Numbered from the stretch's first letter, positions 17,588-31,868 are shown. The stretch: 64,000 nucleotides of DNA from Vulcanimicrobiota bacterium (GCA_963777315.1 CAVZQC010000004.1:160001-224000); one strand, 5' to 3'. Notes: generated by a model not told the origin, from the sequence alone. A program made the numbers and translations.

Positions 17588-20366
17588 GTGGCAGAAAGCG
17601 TCCCAACCATCGAGCGGCACCCGCTGCCTTCAGGCACGGTCACGTTTCTCTTTTCGGATATCGAAGGCAGTACGCAACGGTGGGAGTCGCACCGCTTGGC
17701 AATGCAGGACGCCGTGCGCAGGCACGACGCGCTGCTGCGTTCGGCCATCGAACTGCGTGGCGGCTTTGTGTTCAAAACCGTCGGTGATGCGTTCTATGGC
17801 GTCTTCCCGACTGCTCCCCAAGCTATTGCTGCAGCGCTCGAAGCACAGCGCGCCGTTGCGGCCGAAGACTGGAGCGGCGTCAACGGCTTGCACGTGCGTA
17901 CGGCGATTCATACCGGAAATGCCGACGAGCGCGAAGGCGACTATTTCGGCTCGACGGTAAACCGCGTCTCGCGGCTTCTGGCCATCGGGCATGGCGGGCA
18001 GATTCTGGTGTCCGGCGTAACCGCCGATTTAGTTCAGGGGCAGATGCCGCCGCAAGCGACGCTGCACGATCTGGGCGCGCATCGTTTGAAAGACTTGGCC
18101 TATCCCGAGCAAGTGTACCAAGTCCTTGCGCCGGATCTTCCGCGCGACTTTCCGCCGCTGCGTTCGCTCGGCGCGCTTCCCAACAATCTGCCGCTTCAGC
18201 TCACCTCGTTTGTGGGGCGCGACGAGGAAGTCGCAGAGATTCAACAACTGTTAGCCAAGTCGCGTTTGGTTACGCTGGTCGGTTCGGGCGGCGTGGGCAA
18301 GACTCGAACCTCGTTGCAGGTGGCTGCAGATCGCCTGGATGCGTATCCGGACGGCGTGTGGGTCGTCGAACTTGCCCCGCTTACCGATCCCGAGCTCATC
18401 GCCACAACGGTTGCGGGCGTGCTGGGCGTCTCCATTGCTCCGACGCAGCGGCCCGTCGATGCTATCGTTGCCGAATTGCGCGAACGGACGACGCTGCTCA
18501 TCTTTGACAACTGCGAACACGTGGTCGCGCATGCGGCCGCCGTGGTCGACGAGATCCTGCACCATTGTTCGCGCGTCACGGTCCTTGCCAGCAGCCGCGA
18601 AGGGTTGGGAATCGCCGGCGAATCGGTTTACCGCATGCCCTCGCTTCGCGTTCCGCCTGCAAGCTCGCCGGTCACCGCGGCTGCGGCAATGCAGTATGGA
18701 GCCGTGGCACTGTTCGCCGAGCGTGGTGCGGCCGTTTCGAACTTTGCCATCACCGATGCCAATGCCGGAATCGTTGCCGGCGTTTGCCGCCGGCTCGACG
18801 GAATCGCTTTAGCCATCGAACTTGCGGCGCCGCGCCTAAAAGTTTTGAGCGTCGACGAGCTGGATAAGCGCCTGAGCGATCGGTTCCGCATTCTCACCGG
18901 CGGCAGCCGCAGCGCGCTGCCTCGCCAGCAAACCCTACGCGCGCTCATCGATTGGAGCCACGATCTCCTTACCGAAAATGAAAAGATGCTTTTTCGCCGT
19001 CTCGGAATCTTCGTGGGAGGCTTTACGCTCGAAGCGATGACCGCCGTCTGCGCCGACGATCGCATTGAAGAATGGGACGCGGTCGATTTACTGCAGTCCC
19101 TGGTCGAAAAGTCGCTCGTGGTTGCCGAGATCAGCGATGCCGAACAACGCTACCGAATGATGGAATCGACGCGGCAATACGCGTTGGAGCGCCTGGCGCG
19201 CGGCGGAGAACGCGACCTGTTCGCGCGCAGGCACGCGATGTATTTCTTGGACCTCGCGCAACGCTGCGAGAAAGATTTCGACGAGATAGCCTACGACGGT
19301 TGGATCGCCGCGTATACGCCTGAATTGGACAACTTTCGGACGGCGCTGGACTGGTCGCTAGGCGAGCGCGGCGAGATCGAGATCGCGGTGGGATTGATCG
19401 GATCTCTGGCAAGGCTCTGGCGGGAATTTTCCCTCGAGGGTGAAGGGCTGCGCGCCGGCGACGCAGTGATCGCACTGCTGGGCGAGCGCGCCGACAGTCC
19501 GCTGGCGGCGCCCGTGTGGCTGGCAATTGCCGGCTTGACGGCAAATCTCTTTCTCAAAGCTCGACGCATCGATGCGGCGCGGCGGGCGCTGCGCCTCTAT
19601 GAGTCTCTGGGCGACGAGCCCAAAATCATTGATTCTTTGGTAGCGGTCGGCGATACGTTACGCCAGCTGAATAAGTCCCAAGAGGCGCTCGAGCCGCTCA
19701 GCCGGGCGCTGGAGATCAGCTCGCAGCCGCGGCGATCGCAACAGGGTCGCAGGTGCGCTCAGCCGCCTGTCACTCGCGCAATTTTACTTGGGACAAACCG
19801 ACGAAGCGCGCAAGATGATGCAAGAAGCTCGCGCGATCTGCCGCAGCCTCGGTCGCGACAACCAGCTCTTGATCATGACCTTGAATTTGGCCGAACTCGA
19901 AGCGAACAACGGCAACTTCGAGCGGGCCATAGAATTGGCGAAGGAAACCCTGCCGCAAACCAGTGCGACTCGATTTGCCGCGTCACGGTCGACTTTGCTT
20001 GCGAACTTATCGGGATACTTGGTGCTCGCAGGAAAAAGCGACGACGCAATAGCGGTGATCCGTGAGACGATTGCCGTCACCAAGGAGCGGCAGGAGGCCG
20101 TTTTGCTCACCATATCGTTACAGCACGCCGCAATGATCGGTGTGGGCCGCAGCCGAGCAGCGGATGCTGCCCGGCTGCACGGCTACGCCGAGGCGACGTT
20201 TGAAGCGCTGGGATCCTTGATGGAACCGGTCGAGATGCAGGAAAAGGCGCGCCTTACTGCGTTGCTGCAAGAACGGCTCGGCGCGGAACGCGTTTCCGCA
20301 TTGGTTGCCGAGGGGCGTGCGCTCAGCCAAGCCGATGCCATCGGCATCGCGATGTCGCTGCTCTAA
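17588..20366 (+). CDS. class III adenylate/guanylate cyclase - STAND ATPase - TPR protein, with a +1 frameshift near 19718
   Basis: TFLFSDIEGST, KTVGDAF, DYFGSTVNRVSR; Walker A GSGGVGKT, Walker B LIFDNCEH; the TPR-like sequence continues in the shifted frame (RSRGDRNRVAGALSRLSLAQFYLG) to the stop at 20366. Confidence 0.88.
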
Positions 20367-23300
20367 CGCAGCTCGCCCAGCAGCGTACGAACGGCGGCCT
20401 CCAACTGCGGATCGGTACGCGAACCTACCGGGCGGGTGACGTACACGTCGACCGGGCGCGGATGCAGCTCCATATTTTCCCCGCCCAGCGTCGTTACGCG
20501 TTGGAACGGCAGGCGAAACGTCGAGCCGTCCACCAGCTGTATTGCCGACGTGTAAATGATCCAGCCTGCCGTGGGCACGCCGACCACTTTGCCCAGGTGC
20601 AATTGACGGTAGCCTTGCGTGAAATCCTCGCCGTCGGAGAGCGTTTCTTCGTTCACGATCAGCACCGTCGGCTTTTCCAGCGCGCGCTGCCCGAGTTGCA
20701 CGCGCGCAGAAGCCGAAGGCATGTTGCGAGGGTACATGCGCAGATACGGCTTGCGGGCAAACACGTCCAAGGCATAGGCATTGACGAAGCCGCCCTCGTT
20801 CGAACGAATGTCGACGACCACGCCTTCCTTGTCGAAATCCGTCACGTCCAAATCCTTATAGAGCCCCGCCAATGATTGCGCGGACATGTCCGGGATGTGC
20901 ACGTAACCCAAGCGCCCGCCGCTCGCGCGCAGCACGTACTCGCGGTTCGCATTGACCCACGCGCGGTAGCGCAGGATCATCGAAGTGGCGTAGTTCACCG
21001 GCTGAACCGGCACTTGCCGGTAGCGCGGCCCAATGGTCAGCACGACGCGCTTGCCGATCGTATTGTCCAGCAGCGCATCGACGTTCGTATGCGCGTCGAC
21101 GCGCATACCGTTTATCGCAACGAGTTCGTCGCCGGCGTGGATTTGGCCCGAAACGTCGGCAGGCGATTGCGGGACGACGCCGGTGATCCGCAGCCGTCCG
21201 GTTTGCTCGTACGTAAGGCGGTCGAAGTCCAAGCCGAGCCGTCCGCTCGTGCGTTTGGCCGGCCGCGGCGGATAGACGCCGCTATGCGAGCTGTTTAACT
21301 CGCCGATCATCAGCGCGAGAAGCCGGCGGAATTCGTCGGGATTTTGCGCGCCCTCGATACGCGGCAGGTACTTATCGCGAACCGCATTCCAATCGACGCC
21401 GTTGGTGTGTGGGTCGGCGTAAAAATCGCGAATCGCACTCCAAGCCTGCGTGAACGCCTCGACCTTGTCGCGATTCCAATCGTCGTCGAACTCCGCGGTG
21501 ATAGGGAGCGGCACGTCCTTGCCGTTCTCGGTCGATACGACGTGCATGGCGCCGTTTTCATCCAGGTAGTAGATGCGTTTTCCATCCGGTGACCACGATG
21601 CGAAATTCTTGTCACCGGCCGAATTCGTCAGTTGATGCGCTACACTGGGCTGCGAAGCGTTTTCGGACAGCGCAAAGAGATAGAGGTTCGTCTGTCCCGC
21701 TACTGCGGCGGTGACCAGAAGGACGCTGCCGTCCGGGCTGACGCTCTGCGACTGCACGTCCAGGCCGATGGGAAGCAGCTGCAATCGCTCCCGGATCCCG
21801 GCGAACGCGATGCGGACTTGCGGATGGCGCTGCGCTTTGCTGCGCTGCGCGGCGTTGGTTTGATGAATGGCCGAAGGCGCGGTGGGGGTTTCGGTGGGTT
21901 GTTGACCGCTCGGGGTGAACAACGCCTTGAACTTGGATTCTTCGAACGTCGGCGTTCTTGGAACGAGGTCCACCCGAGCCACCTGCGCGGGTTCCGTGCG
22001 CTGCGTGGTGTCGAACAGCAGAAACTTGCCGTGCGGATCCCAAGCGATTGTATTGGTGAAGACGTCCGCTAGAAACGAAATCGGCCGCTCCGATGGAGCG
22101 TCCACGTCGACGGCGTGCACGTTGGTAAATCCGTGCGTTTCCGCGACGAAGAACGCGAGCCACCGGCCGTCGGGCGACCACTGCAGCGGACGATCGGGAT
22201 CGAACGGCGTCCACGGTAGAATCGTGCTCGCCACCGTGCGCTCGTGCTCGCCGTTCGCATCGATGATCCGCACTTCTCGGCCGCCTTGCTCAAACGCTAT
22301 CTGATCCGGCAGGCCGCTTTCGTGCGGCCGGTATTGCAGGTAACGAACGTCCGCGCTGGACGAGGTGAGCCGACGTCGGCGATCGCTAAGAAAATCGTAC
22401 GTTTCGATGAACCCGTCGTGTCCGTGCCCGGCCACGTACGCCACGCTGTTGCTGTCGGGCGACCATGCAATCGAACCCAGCGCGTAGCGATTCGTCAGCG
22501 GCACGTTGAACGCCGTGCCGCCGCGCAGCGCGTCCGCCGCGAATAAACGACCGTGTGCGATGAAGGCGATCTTCTTGCCGTCGGGGGAGAGCGCGTAGTT
22601 GCTGAAGCGATCGCTCAGCGTAAGATGTGCGGTCTGCGGCGCTGCGATGGCGCCTTGCAGCACGATCGGCACGTGGTTCGTTCCGCCCGTGGACGCTTCG
22701 TACAGCCAGATTCCAAAGCCGCGCTCGAAGACGATGGCGGATCCGTTGCGCGCAATGCTGGGCCACACGACGCGTCCGTTCGTGAAGTGCGTCAAGCGAT
22801 GCGCTTGCCCTCCGGGGGGCTGTTCCCAGAGGTTTTGCGCCCCGCTGCGATCCGACATGAAGTACAGCGTTCTGCCGTCGGGCGCCCACATCGGCCACTG
22901 ATCCTTCGCATTGCCGGCGGTAACGCGCTCGTACGTCGCGCTTGCGTTTCCACGGCGCAGCCAAATCTCGCATTCGTCCAAATGGCTGTGGCCTTTGCGC
23001 CACCACTGCGAGCCCGCGAAGCCGCGCGCGTCGAATGCCAATACGTCCTGCTGCGGTGAAGGCGCGGCCAGAAAGACGTTCATGTACGGCTGCGTGACGA
23101 CGCGCATCGGCGTACCGCCGCTGCTGCGTACCCGATAGATGTCGTGCGCGCCGTAGATATTGCGGCTGGAGTTGGCAAAATAGATCCAGGCACCATCGTG
23201 CGACCAGCCGTCGAGCTCGTCGTAACCGTCGTCGTACGTCAACCGCGTAACCGTACCCGTCGCCAAAGTCAGCACGTAGACGTCGCCGTTCCCCGTCTTG

Positions 23301-23578
23301 GACGAAATGTACGCGACTTCACGCCCGTCGGGAGAAAACATTGGGCGCTCGTCCGTGGCGCCGTCGTCGATCAATAGCCGAGCGGTACCACCGCCGGCCG
23401 CAACGGTCCAGACGCTTCCGCCGGATACGAAAACGATTTCGCGTCCGTTCGGCGAGAGGGACGGCTGCGCCAGCGAAGGGAGCGCCGACGCCGCCGCGGC
23501 GCACACAATGACGCAGAACGCGAAGATGAAGACGCCGTACAACGCTCGCATATGCGGCGTGGTTTCCCTTCGCGTCAC
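20363..23578 (-). CDS. tricorn-type S41 family peptidase
   Basis: Signal peptide, TolB-like propeller repeats (SPDG), GELNSSH, PDZ-like segment, GYVHIPDM, DIRSNEGG, TLSDGE. Confidence 0.93.
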   Translation of the reverse strand: MTRRETTPHMRALYGVFIFAFCVIVCAAAASALPSLAQPSLSPNGREIVFVSGGSVWTVAAGGGTARLLIDDGATDERPMFSPDGREVAYISSKTGNGDVYVLTLATGTVTRLTYDDGYDELDGWSHDGAWIYFANSSRNIYGAHDIYRVRSSGGTPMRVVTQPYMNVFLAAPSPQQDVLAFDARGFAGSQWWRKGHSHLDECEIWLRRGNASATYERVTAGNAKDQWPMWAPDGRTLYFMSDRSGAQNLWEQPPGGQAHRLTHFTNGRVVWPSIARNGSAIVFERGFGIWLYEASTGGTNHVPIVLQGAIAAPQTAHLTLSDRFSNYALSPDGKKIAFIAHGRLFAADALRGGTAFNVPLTNRYALGSIAWSPDSNSVAYVAGHGHDGFIETYDFLSDRRRRLTSSSADVRYLQYRPHESGLPDQIAFEQGGREVRIIDANGEHERTVASTILPWTPFDPDRPLQWSPDGRWLAFFVAETHGFTNVHAVDVDAPSERPISFLADVFTNTIAWDPHGKFLLFDTTQRTEPAQVARVDLVPRTPTFEESKFKALFTPSGQQPTETPTAPSAIHQTNAAQRSKAQRHPQVRIAFAGIRERLQLLPIGLDVQSQSVSPDGSVLLVTAAVAGQTNLYLFALSENASQPSVAHQLTNSAGDKNFASWSPDGKRIYYLDENGAMHVVSTENGKDVPLPITAEFDDDWNRDKVEAFTQAWSAIRDFYADPHTNGVDWNAVRDKYLPRIEGAQNPDEFRRLLALMIGELNSSHSGVYPPRPAKRTSGRLGLDFDRLTYEQTGRLRITGVVPQSPADVSGQIHAGDELVAINGMRVDAHTNVDALLDNTIGKRVVLTIGPRYRQVPVQPVNYATSMILRYRAWVNANREYVLRASGGRLGYVHIPDMSAQSLAGLYKDLDVTDFDKEGVVVDIRSNEGGFVNAYALDVFARKPYLRMYPRNMPSASARVQLGQRALEKPTVLIVNEETLSDGEDFTQGYRQLHLGKVVGVPTAGWIIYTSAIQLVDGSTFRLPFQRVTTLGGENMELHPRPVDVYVTRPVGSRTDPQLEAAVRTLLGELR

Positions 23579-23748
23579 GGTGCTCCTCAGCTCACTCGTT
23601 CAGACAATCACCGCATTACGACGAGACATCGGCATGATCCGCAACGTCTTCACTTTGCTCGTACTTGCTGCGTTGCCCAGCCCTGTGCGAACGGTCGCGA
23701 CGTGAGCGCCGATATGGCTATCGGGTCCGTCCGCGGTATTGCAAAAAT

Positions 23749-23931
23749 CTAGCGGCGCGCCGACGCCAAAGCGGCTATCGCCGGAAGGCGGCCCGGCGCC
23801 GGTTTGCGCGCGCGCCGGATGCCGTCGAAGAAGCGCGCTCCGACCGTCATCAGAACAAGCAATACGATTGGAATCAGCGCCACGAAAAAGGCAGCGTTTT
23901 GGGCGGCATAGGAGTGCTCGTAGCCTGACAT
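23749..23931 (-). CDS. small single-TM membrane peptide (paralogue of 26850..27011)
   Basis: MSGYEHSYAAQNAAFFVALIPIVLLVLMTVGARFF...; shares a motif with a second small ORF. Confidence 0.55.
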   Translation of the reverse strand: MSGYEHSYAAQNAAFFVALIPIVLLVLMTVGARFFDGIRRARKPAPGRLPAIAALASARR

Positions 23932-24064
23932 ATTGTCGCGCAATATACCATACGGCGCCGGCGCTTGTCTACGCTTTTTTCGCGACGCGTCGCCGCCGGC
24001 TCGCCCGCACGTTCGGCGACCGGCCGCGTTTGCCGCAGGCGCAAACGGAAACGATACGACTGTC

Positions 24065-24646
24065 ATGAATCAGCCTGAAGAACCGCGCCCGTACCGGCGG
24101 GCCAAAGAGCCCACGACGCCGCTGGCGGGGCCGTACGGACATCCGATTCATCCGCTGCTGGTAACCGTGCCGATCGGCGCGTGGATGTCGAGTGTGGCGT
24201 TCGACCTGATCGGGCCCGCGAGCGGCGACGAGCGAGCCTATGCGATCGGCTCCAAGCGCCTGATCGACATCGGAATCGTCAGCGCAACTGGCGCCGGAAT
24301 GTTTGGCTTGCTCGACTGGCTCAATATTCCGCGCGGCACGCGCGCGTGGTACACGGGGCTGGCGCACATGGGCATGAACCTGACGGCCATCGGGCTGTTC
24401 GCCGTCAATAGCTCGTCGCGCGGACAGCGTTTGCAAGCACGGGATTCCGAGCCTCCCGTAACGTGGTGGCAACGCGGGCTTTCGCTCACCACGGCCATGT
24501 CGCTGCTGGTTTCAGGCTGGCTGGGCGGATCGCTCACGTACCATTACGGCGTGCGCGTTGCCGACGAAGAGCACCAAAAGCACACGGGCTTTCGCAAGGA
24601 CGGCATCGCCGAGCGCATCGGATCGCTGTTGTCGAGCGACAATTAG
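24065..24646 (+). CDS. DUF2231 family membrane protein
   Basis: GHPIHPLLVTVPIG, GLLDW, AHMGMN, SGWLGGSLTYHYGVRV. Confidence 0.85.
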   Translation: MNQPEEPRPYRRAKEPTTPLAGPYGHPIHPLLVTVPIGAWMSSVAFDLIGPASGDERAYAIGSKRLIDIGIVSATGAGMFGLLDWLNIPRGTRAWYTGLAHMGMNLTAIGLFAVNSSSRGQRLQARDSEPPVTWWQRGLSLTTAMSLLVSGWLGGSLTYHYGVRVADEEHQKHTGFRKDGIAERIGSLLSSDN

Positions 24647-24744
24647 CGCGCGCCCGTTCAAAGTTTTCGTTAACTTGCTCGCGGCGTCGATTGAAGCCAA
24701 CCGGCGCGGGGAACAGCCTTAGGGATTGGAGGCATACCCCACTG

Positions 24745-25143
24745 GTGCGGTGGTCGATCGATGCCGGTGACGCGTATTCGGTGGCTAAGGTTCGCCGCGC
24801 CGTCGTCGAGCAGTTACAAGTCATTACCGGCGGCGGCGCAGACGTGTTCGCGTTGGAAACCGTATTGGGAGAGCTGCTCGGAGCGCAAATGGAGCGCGGA
24901 CACATTGCGCTCGCGGTGATCATCGAACACGGCATCGGCAATCCGACGGTGCACGTTTACACGCAGGGGAGCTCCGCTGCGGGATCGACGCACGGCGAAC
25001 TGCGCGACGCTATTCTCGAAGGGACCCGGCTGCCGATGTCGATCGAAGCGACCTCGCAAGGGACGCACTATTGCCTTCGTCTTGCCCAAGCTTCAGAGCA
25101 AATCGGTTCCCAGCTCTCGGATGCCAACGGCTCGCTGGCATAG
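24745..25143 (+). CDS. hypothetical protein, weakly anti-sigma/HATPase-like
   Basis: GGAGG then GTG; SVAKVRRAV...ETVLGELLGA resembles an RsbW-type N-box but lacks the Asn and the G-boxes. Confidence 0.5.
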   Translation: MRWSIDAGDAYSVAKVRRAVVEQLQVITGGGADVFALETVLGELLGAQMERGHIALAVIIEHGIGNPTVHVYTQGSSAAGSTHGELRDAILEGTRLPMSIEATSQGTHYCLRLAQASEQIGSQLSDANGSLA

Positions 25144-26056
25144 CAGCCGAATCCCCATACTCAACGCGCCGATGACCCCGCAAGCCGGCGGTGCGCTCGC
25201 GCGCGCCGTCAGCGAAGCGGGCGGTTTGGGAATGCTCGGATTCGACGAAGATGAGAGCGAAGCGTCGATTCGCGAGCAGCTGGCGATCCTCGCGGCCGAG
25301 CCACGCGTGCCGTTCGGCATCGGACTGGTGGCATGGGTGCTCGAGCGGCGACCGCAGCTGCTCGATGCAGCGATTGCCGCATCGCCGAAGCTGATCAGCA
25401 TTTCGTTCGGCGATCCCGCACCGTATGCAGCGCGCGTTCATGCCGCCGGCATTTTGCTCGCCTCGCAAATTCAAAACCGCGCGTCCGCCCGCATCGCACT
25501 GGAAGCGGGTGTCGATATTCTGACCGCCCAAGGCACCGAGGCCGGCGGGCATACGGGTTCGGCGGTGTCCACCCTGCCGTTGCTGCAGATCGTACTGGAG
25601 ATGACGGACAAGCCCGTGTTGGCGGCAGGCGGGATTGCAACCGGACGCGGACTTGCAGCTGTGCTTGCCGCCGGAGCGGCGGCCGCGTGGATCGGCACGC
25701 CGTTTTTGCTCGCGTCCGAAGCGCGCAACAGCGAAGCAGCGCGGCTGCGCATTGCAGCCGGCGACGAAACGCAGACCATCTACACGCGCGTCTACGATCG
25801 CGTCGCGCACAAAGGCTGGCCTGCCGAGTTCGGAGCGCGCGCGCTGCGCACGCCGTTTTTGGAGCGGTGGACCGGACGCGAAGATCGGCTGATGAGCGAC
25901 GCGCAGGCGCTCGCGCAGTTCAACCCCGACGAAAAAATCTATGCCGGACAGTCGGTCGGGCTGATAAAGGACGTGCGGCCCGCCGGCGAAATCGTTCGCA
26001 GCATCGCCGACCAAGCGCAACATCTGGTTCGCGAGATGCGCGCCGTGCTAGAATAG
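25121..26056 (+). CDS. nitronate monooxygenase family flavoprotein
   Basis: PILNAPM, LARAVSEAGGLG, AQGTEAGGH, PVLAAGGI, IGTPFL, YAGQSVGLI. Confidence 0.92.
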   Translation: MPTARWHSSRIPILNAPMTPQAGGALARAVSEAGGLGMLGFDEDESEASIREQLAILAAEPRVPFGIGLVAWVLERRPQLLDAAIAASPKLISISFGDPAPYAARVHAAGILLASQIQNRASARIALEAGVDILTAQGTEAGGHTGSAVSTLPLLQIVLEMTDKPVLAAGGIATGRGLAAVLAAGAAAAWIGTPFLLASEARNSEAARLRIAAGDETQTIYTRVYDRVAHKGWPAEFGARALRTPFLERWTGREDRLMSDAQALAQFNPDEKIYAGQSVGLIKDVRPAGEIVRSIADQAQHLVREMRAVLE

Positions 26057-26059
26057 CGC

Positions 26060-26804
26060 ATGCGCCTTTCCTTTTCGCGGATCGTCCGTCCCGCGGGAAT
26101 TGTTGCAGTCCTTGCCTTGATTTTCACCGGCGTGCACGTTCACGCCGCGTCCGGCATGTCGAGCGGGATCGATCCCGCAAACCGTCAATGCCTATTACGA
26201 TCCGTCGATCAACGAAATCGTGTTTCCGGCCGGCATTCTTCAGCCGCCTTTTTTCAACAAAGACGCGAATATGGCGGTCAACTACCGCGCGATCGGCGCG
26301 GTCATCGGGCATGAATCGACCCACGGCTTCGACGACCAGGGCCGAAAATTCGACGCGCAGGGCAATCTGCGCGATTGGTGGACGGCGCAAGACGCGGCTC
26401 GGTTCAACGCCCGCGCGCAGTGTGTCGTCACCCAGTGGAACGCGCTTTCACCGCTGCCCGGCGTGCATGAGATCGGTGCGCAGGTAGAGGGCGAAGAGAT
26501 TGCCGACTTGGGCGGCTTGACCATAGCGTACAAGGCGTTCGAGAAGTGGCAATTGCAGCATCCGCGGCGCGTCATCGGCGGATTCACGCCCGAGCAGCGA
26601 TTCTTTTTGGGCTTTGCGCAGGTGTGGGCGAGCGCGGAGCGCCCGCAGTACATCCGCTTGCTCGCGCAGAGCGACGTTCACGGCTACGACAAATTCCGCG
26701 TGAACCAGACGCTGAGCGACATGCCGCAGTTCGCCGCCGCGTTCTTCTGCAAGTTAAAGGATCCCATGGTGCGCCCGGCCTCGCAGCAGTGCCGAATTTG
26801 GTAG
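26060..26804 (+). pseudogene. M13 (neprilysin/PepO) metallopeptidase with internal deletion and frameshift
   Basis: Signal peptide plus GIDPAN joined out of frame to PQTVNAYY...FPAGILQPPFF...HESTHGFDDQG...GEEIADLGG...CRIW; the whole M13 N-domain is missing. Confidence 0.85.
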
Positions 26805-26849
26805 GCGGAGTGCATCCTTTTTGCAGCGGGTCGCGTTATTAACCACGGA

Positions 26850-27011
26850 ATGATAACTTCGACGTTTGCACACCCCTATACGACGCAGCTCGTCTCGCTC
26901 TGGCTTTCCTTTTTGCCGGTGCTCGCCATGGGCGTCCTGATGACCGGCGCCTTGCTTCGGGGCGACCGCGGCCGCGCTCGGCTCGACCATATCCGCGTGC
27001 CTGCCCGCTAA
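26850..27011 (+). CDS. small single-TM membrane peptide, 53 aa (paralogue of 23749..23931)
   Basis: Manual translation MITSTFAHPYTTQLVSLWLSFLPVLAMGVLMTGALLRGDRGRARLDHIRVPAR; below the ORF-track cutoff. Confidence 0.55.
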   Translation: MITSTFAHPYTTQLVSLWLSFLPVLAMGVLMTGALLRGDRGRARLDHIRVPAR

Positions 27012-27032
27012 TCGTCCGCTCGGAAACGGCCG

Positions 27033-27061
27033 TTGCATCGGCCCGAGGTGCGGTGTATACT
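27033..27061 (+). promoter_or_regulatory. sigma70-type promoter of rpoB
   Basis: TTGCAT-17 nt-TATACT. Confidence 0.75.
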
Positions 27062-27065
27062 AGTC

Positions 27066-27143
27066 GCCTATGCCCCGCGCCCGATAGGCATATAAGAAGA
27101 AGAACGAGTCCCTTTGCCGGGCAGAGGACCTCTCGTTCTTTTT
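27066..27143 (+). promoter_or_regulatory. structured rpoB 5' leader / attenuator-like hairpins
   Basis: GCCTAT/ATAGGC hairpin, then an AAGAACGAG...CTCGTTCTT stem enclosing an inner hairpin and ending in a T run. Confidence 0.6.
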
Positions 27144-27190
27144 AGCGTGCCCGCGCGACGCCCACATTCACGGTGAGAGAGAAAGAAATA

Positions 27191-31117
<3,927 letters not shown>

Positions 31118-31122
31118 CACGC

Positions 31123-31151
31123 AAGGGCGGCGCAAAAGCGCCGCCCTTTGT
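31123..31151 (+). terminator. intrinsic terminator after rpoB
   Basis: AAGGGCGGCGC-AAAA-GCGCCGCCCTT followed by TGT, 5 nt after the stop. Confidence 0.85.
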
Positions 31152-31201
31152 AATTAGCGAGGCGAAGTCGCCCCCATTGCCGGCGAAAGTGACGTGCTAC
31201 C

Positions 31202-31672
31202 TCAACGCCCCGCAATTGTTTGCCGAACCCTTAGCCCGAGCCGGTAAAGCGCAGCGCCAATCCCGCCGCCGACGGCGCCGCACGCCGTATCGATCAGATT
31301 CCACCGAAGGCCTTCATCCGAACCCCCGAGATATTGTGCGACTTCTATGCATGCGCTGAGCGCCGCAATCAATATCGCCGCATTGAGAATGCGAAAGCGT
31401 CCTATGGGCAGGGGTGCGATGACGAAGCCGGCTATTGCGAACGCTGCAATGCTGTAGAGCTTGCGGATAATGACGTAGTGCGGCAAACTTTGGGGCGTCG
31501 TAATGCCATGTACGTCGGAGCTCAACGCAACAACGAACACCGCCGCCAGAACTATGACTGCCGTAACCAATTTACGGCGATAACGCCGGATTTTTGTTGC
31601 GTTTTTCACGTTCCGCCGCGCCGTTCTCCCATATAGGTTCACATTTCTCCGTGCGCTGTCGCTACCTATCAT
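31202..31672 (-). CDS. VanZ-like membrane protein
   Basis: RKLYSIAAF, SACIEVAQ, IDTACGAVGG pattern; start uncertain. Confidence 0.6.
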   Translation of the reverse strand: MIGSDSARRNVNLYGRTARRNVKNATKIRRYRRKLVTAVIVLAAVFVVALSSDVHGITTPQSLPHYVIIRKLYSIAAFAIAGFVIAPLPIGRFRILNAAILIAALSACIEVAQYLGGSDEGLRWNLIDTACGAVGGGIGAALYRLGLRVRQTIAGR

Positions 31673-31868
31673 AAACGCTAGGTAATGGTCGAAGGACTAG
31701 CGCCTATGGGCTGCGTCGCTAGGCACAAAGCCCCCGTGTCCGTACACGAATCCGGCGGGTATTTTTACGAACGTCTGTGGAACGGCAGAAAAAACTAGAA
31801 GCAAGTGAGGGTCTTGAACGATAGAATCGTTCCGCAGCTCGAACGAAGACGAGGTTACGTCTTCGAAG

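Noticed and set aside
17588..20366. Cyclase-STAND-TPR protein as an Avs-like antiphage system
   Set aside because: The architecture matches a widespread signalling class and there is no defence-island context
23634..23705. Short signal-peptide-like ORF MIRNVFTLLVLAALPSPVRTVAT
   Set aside because: Only 23 aa with no supporting context
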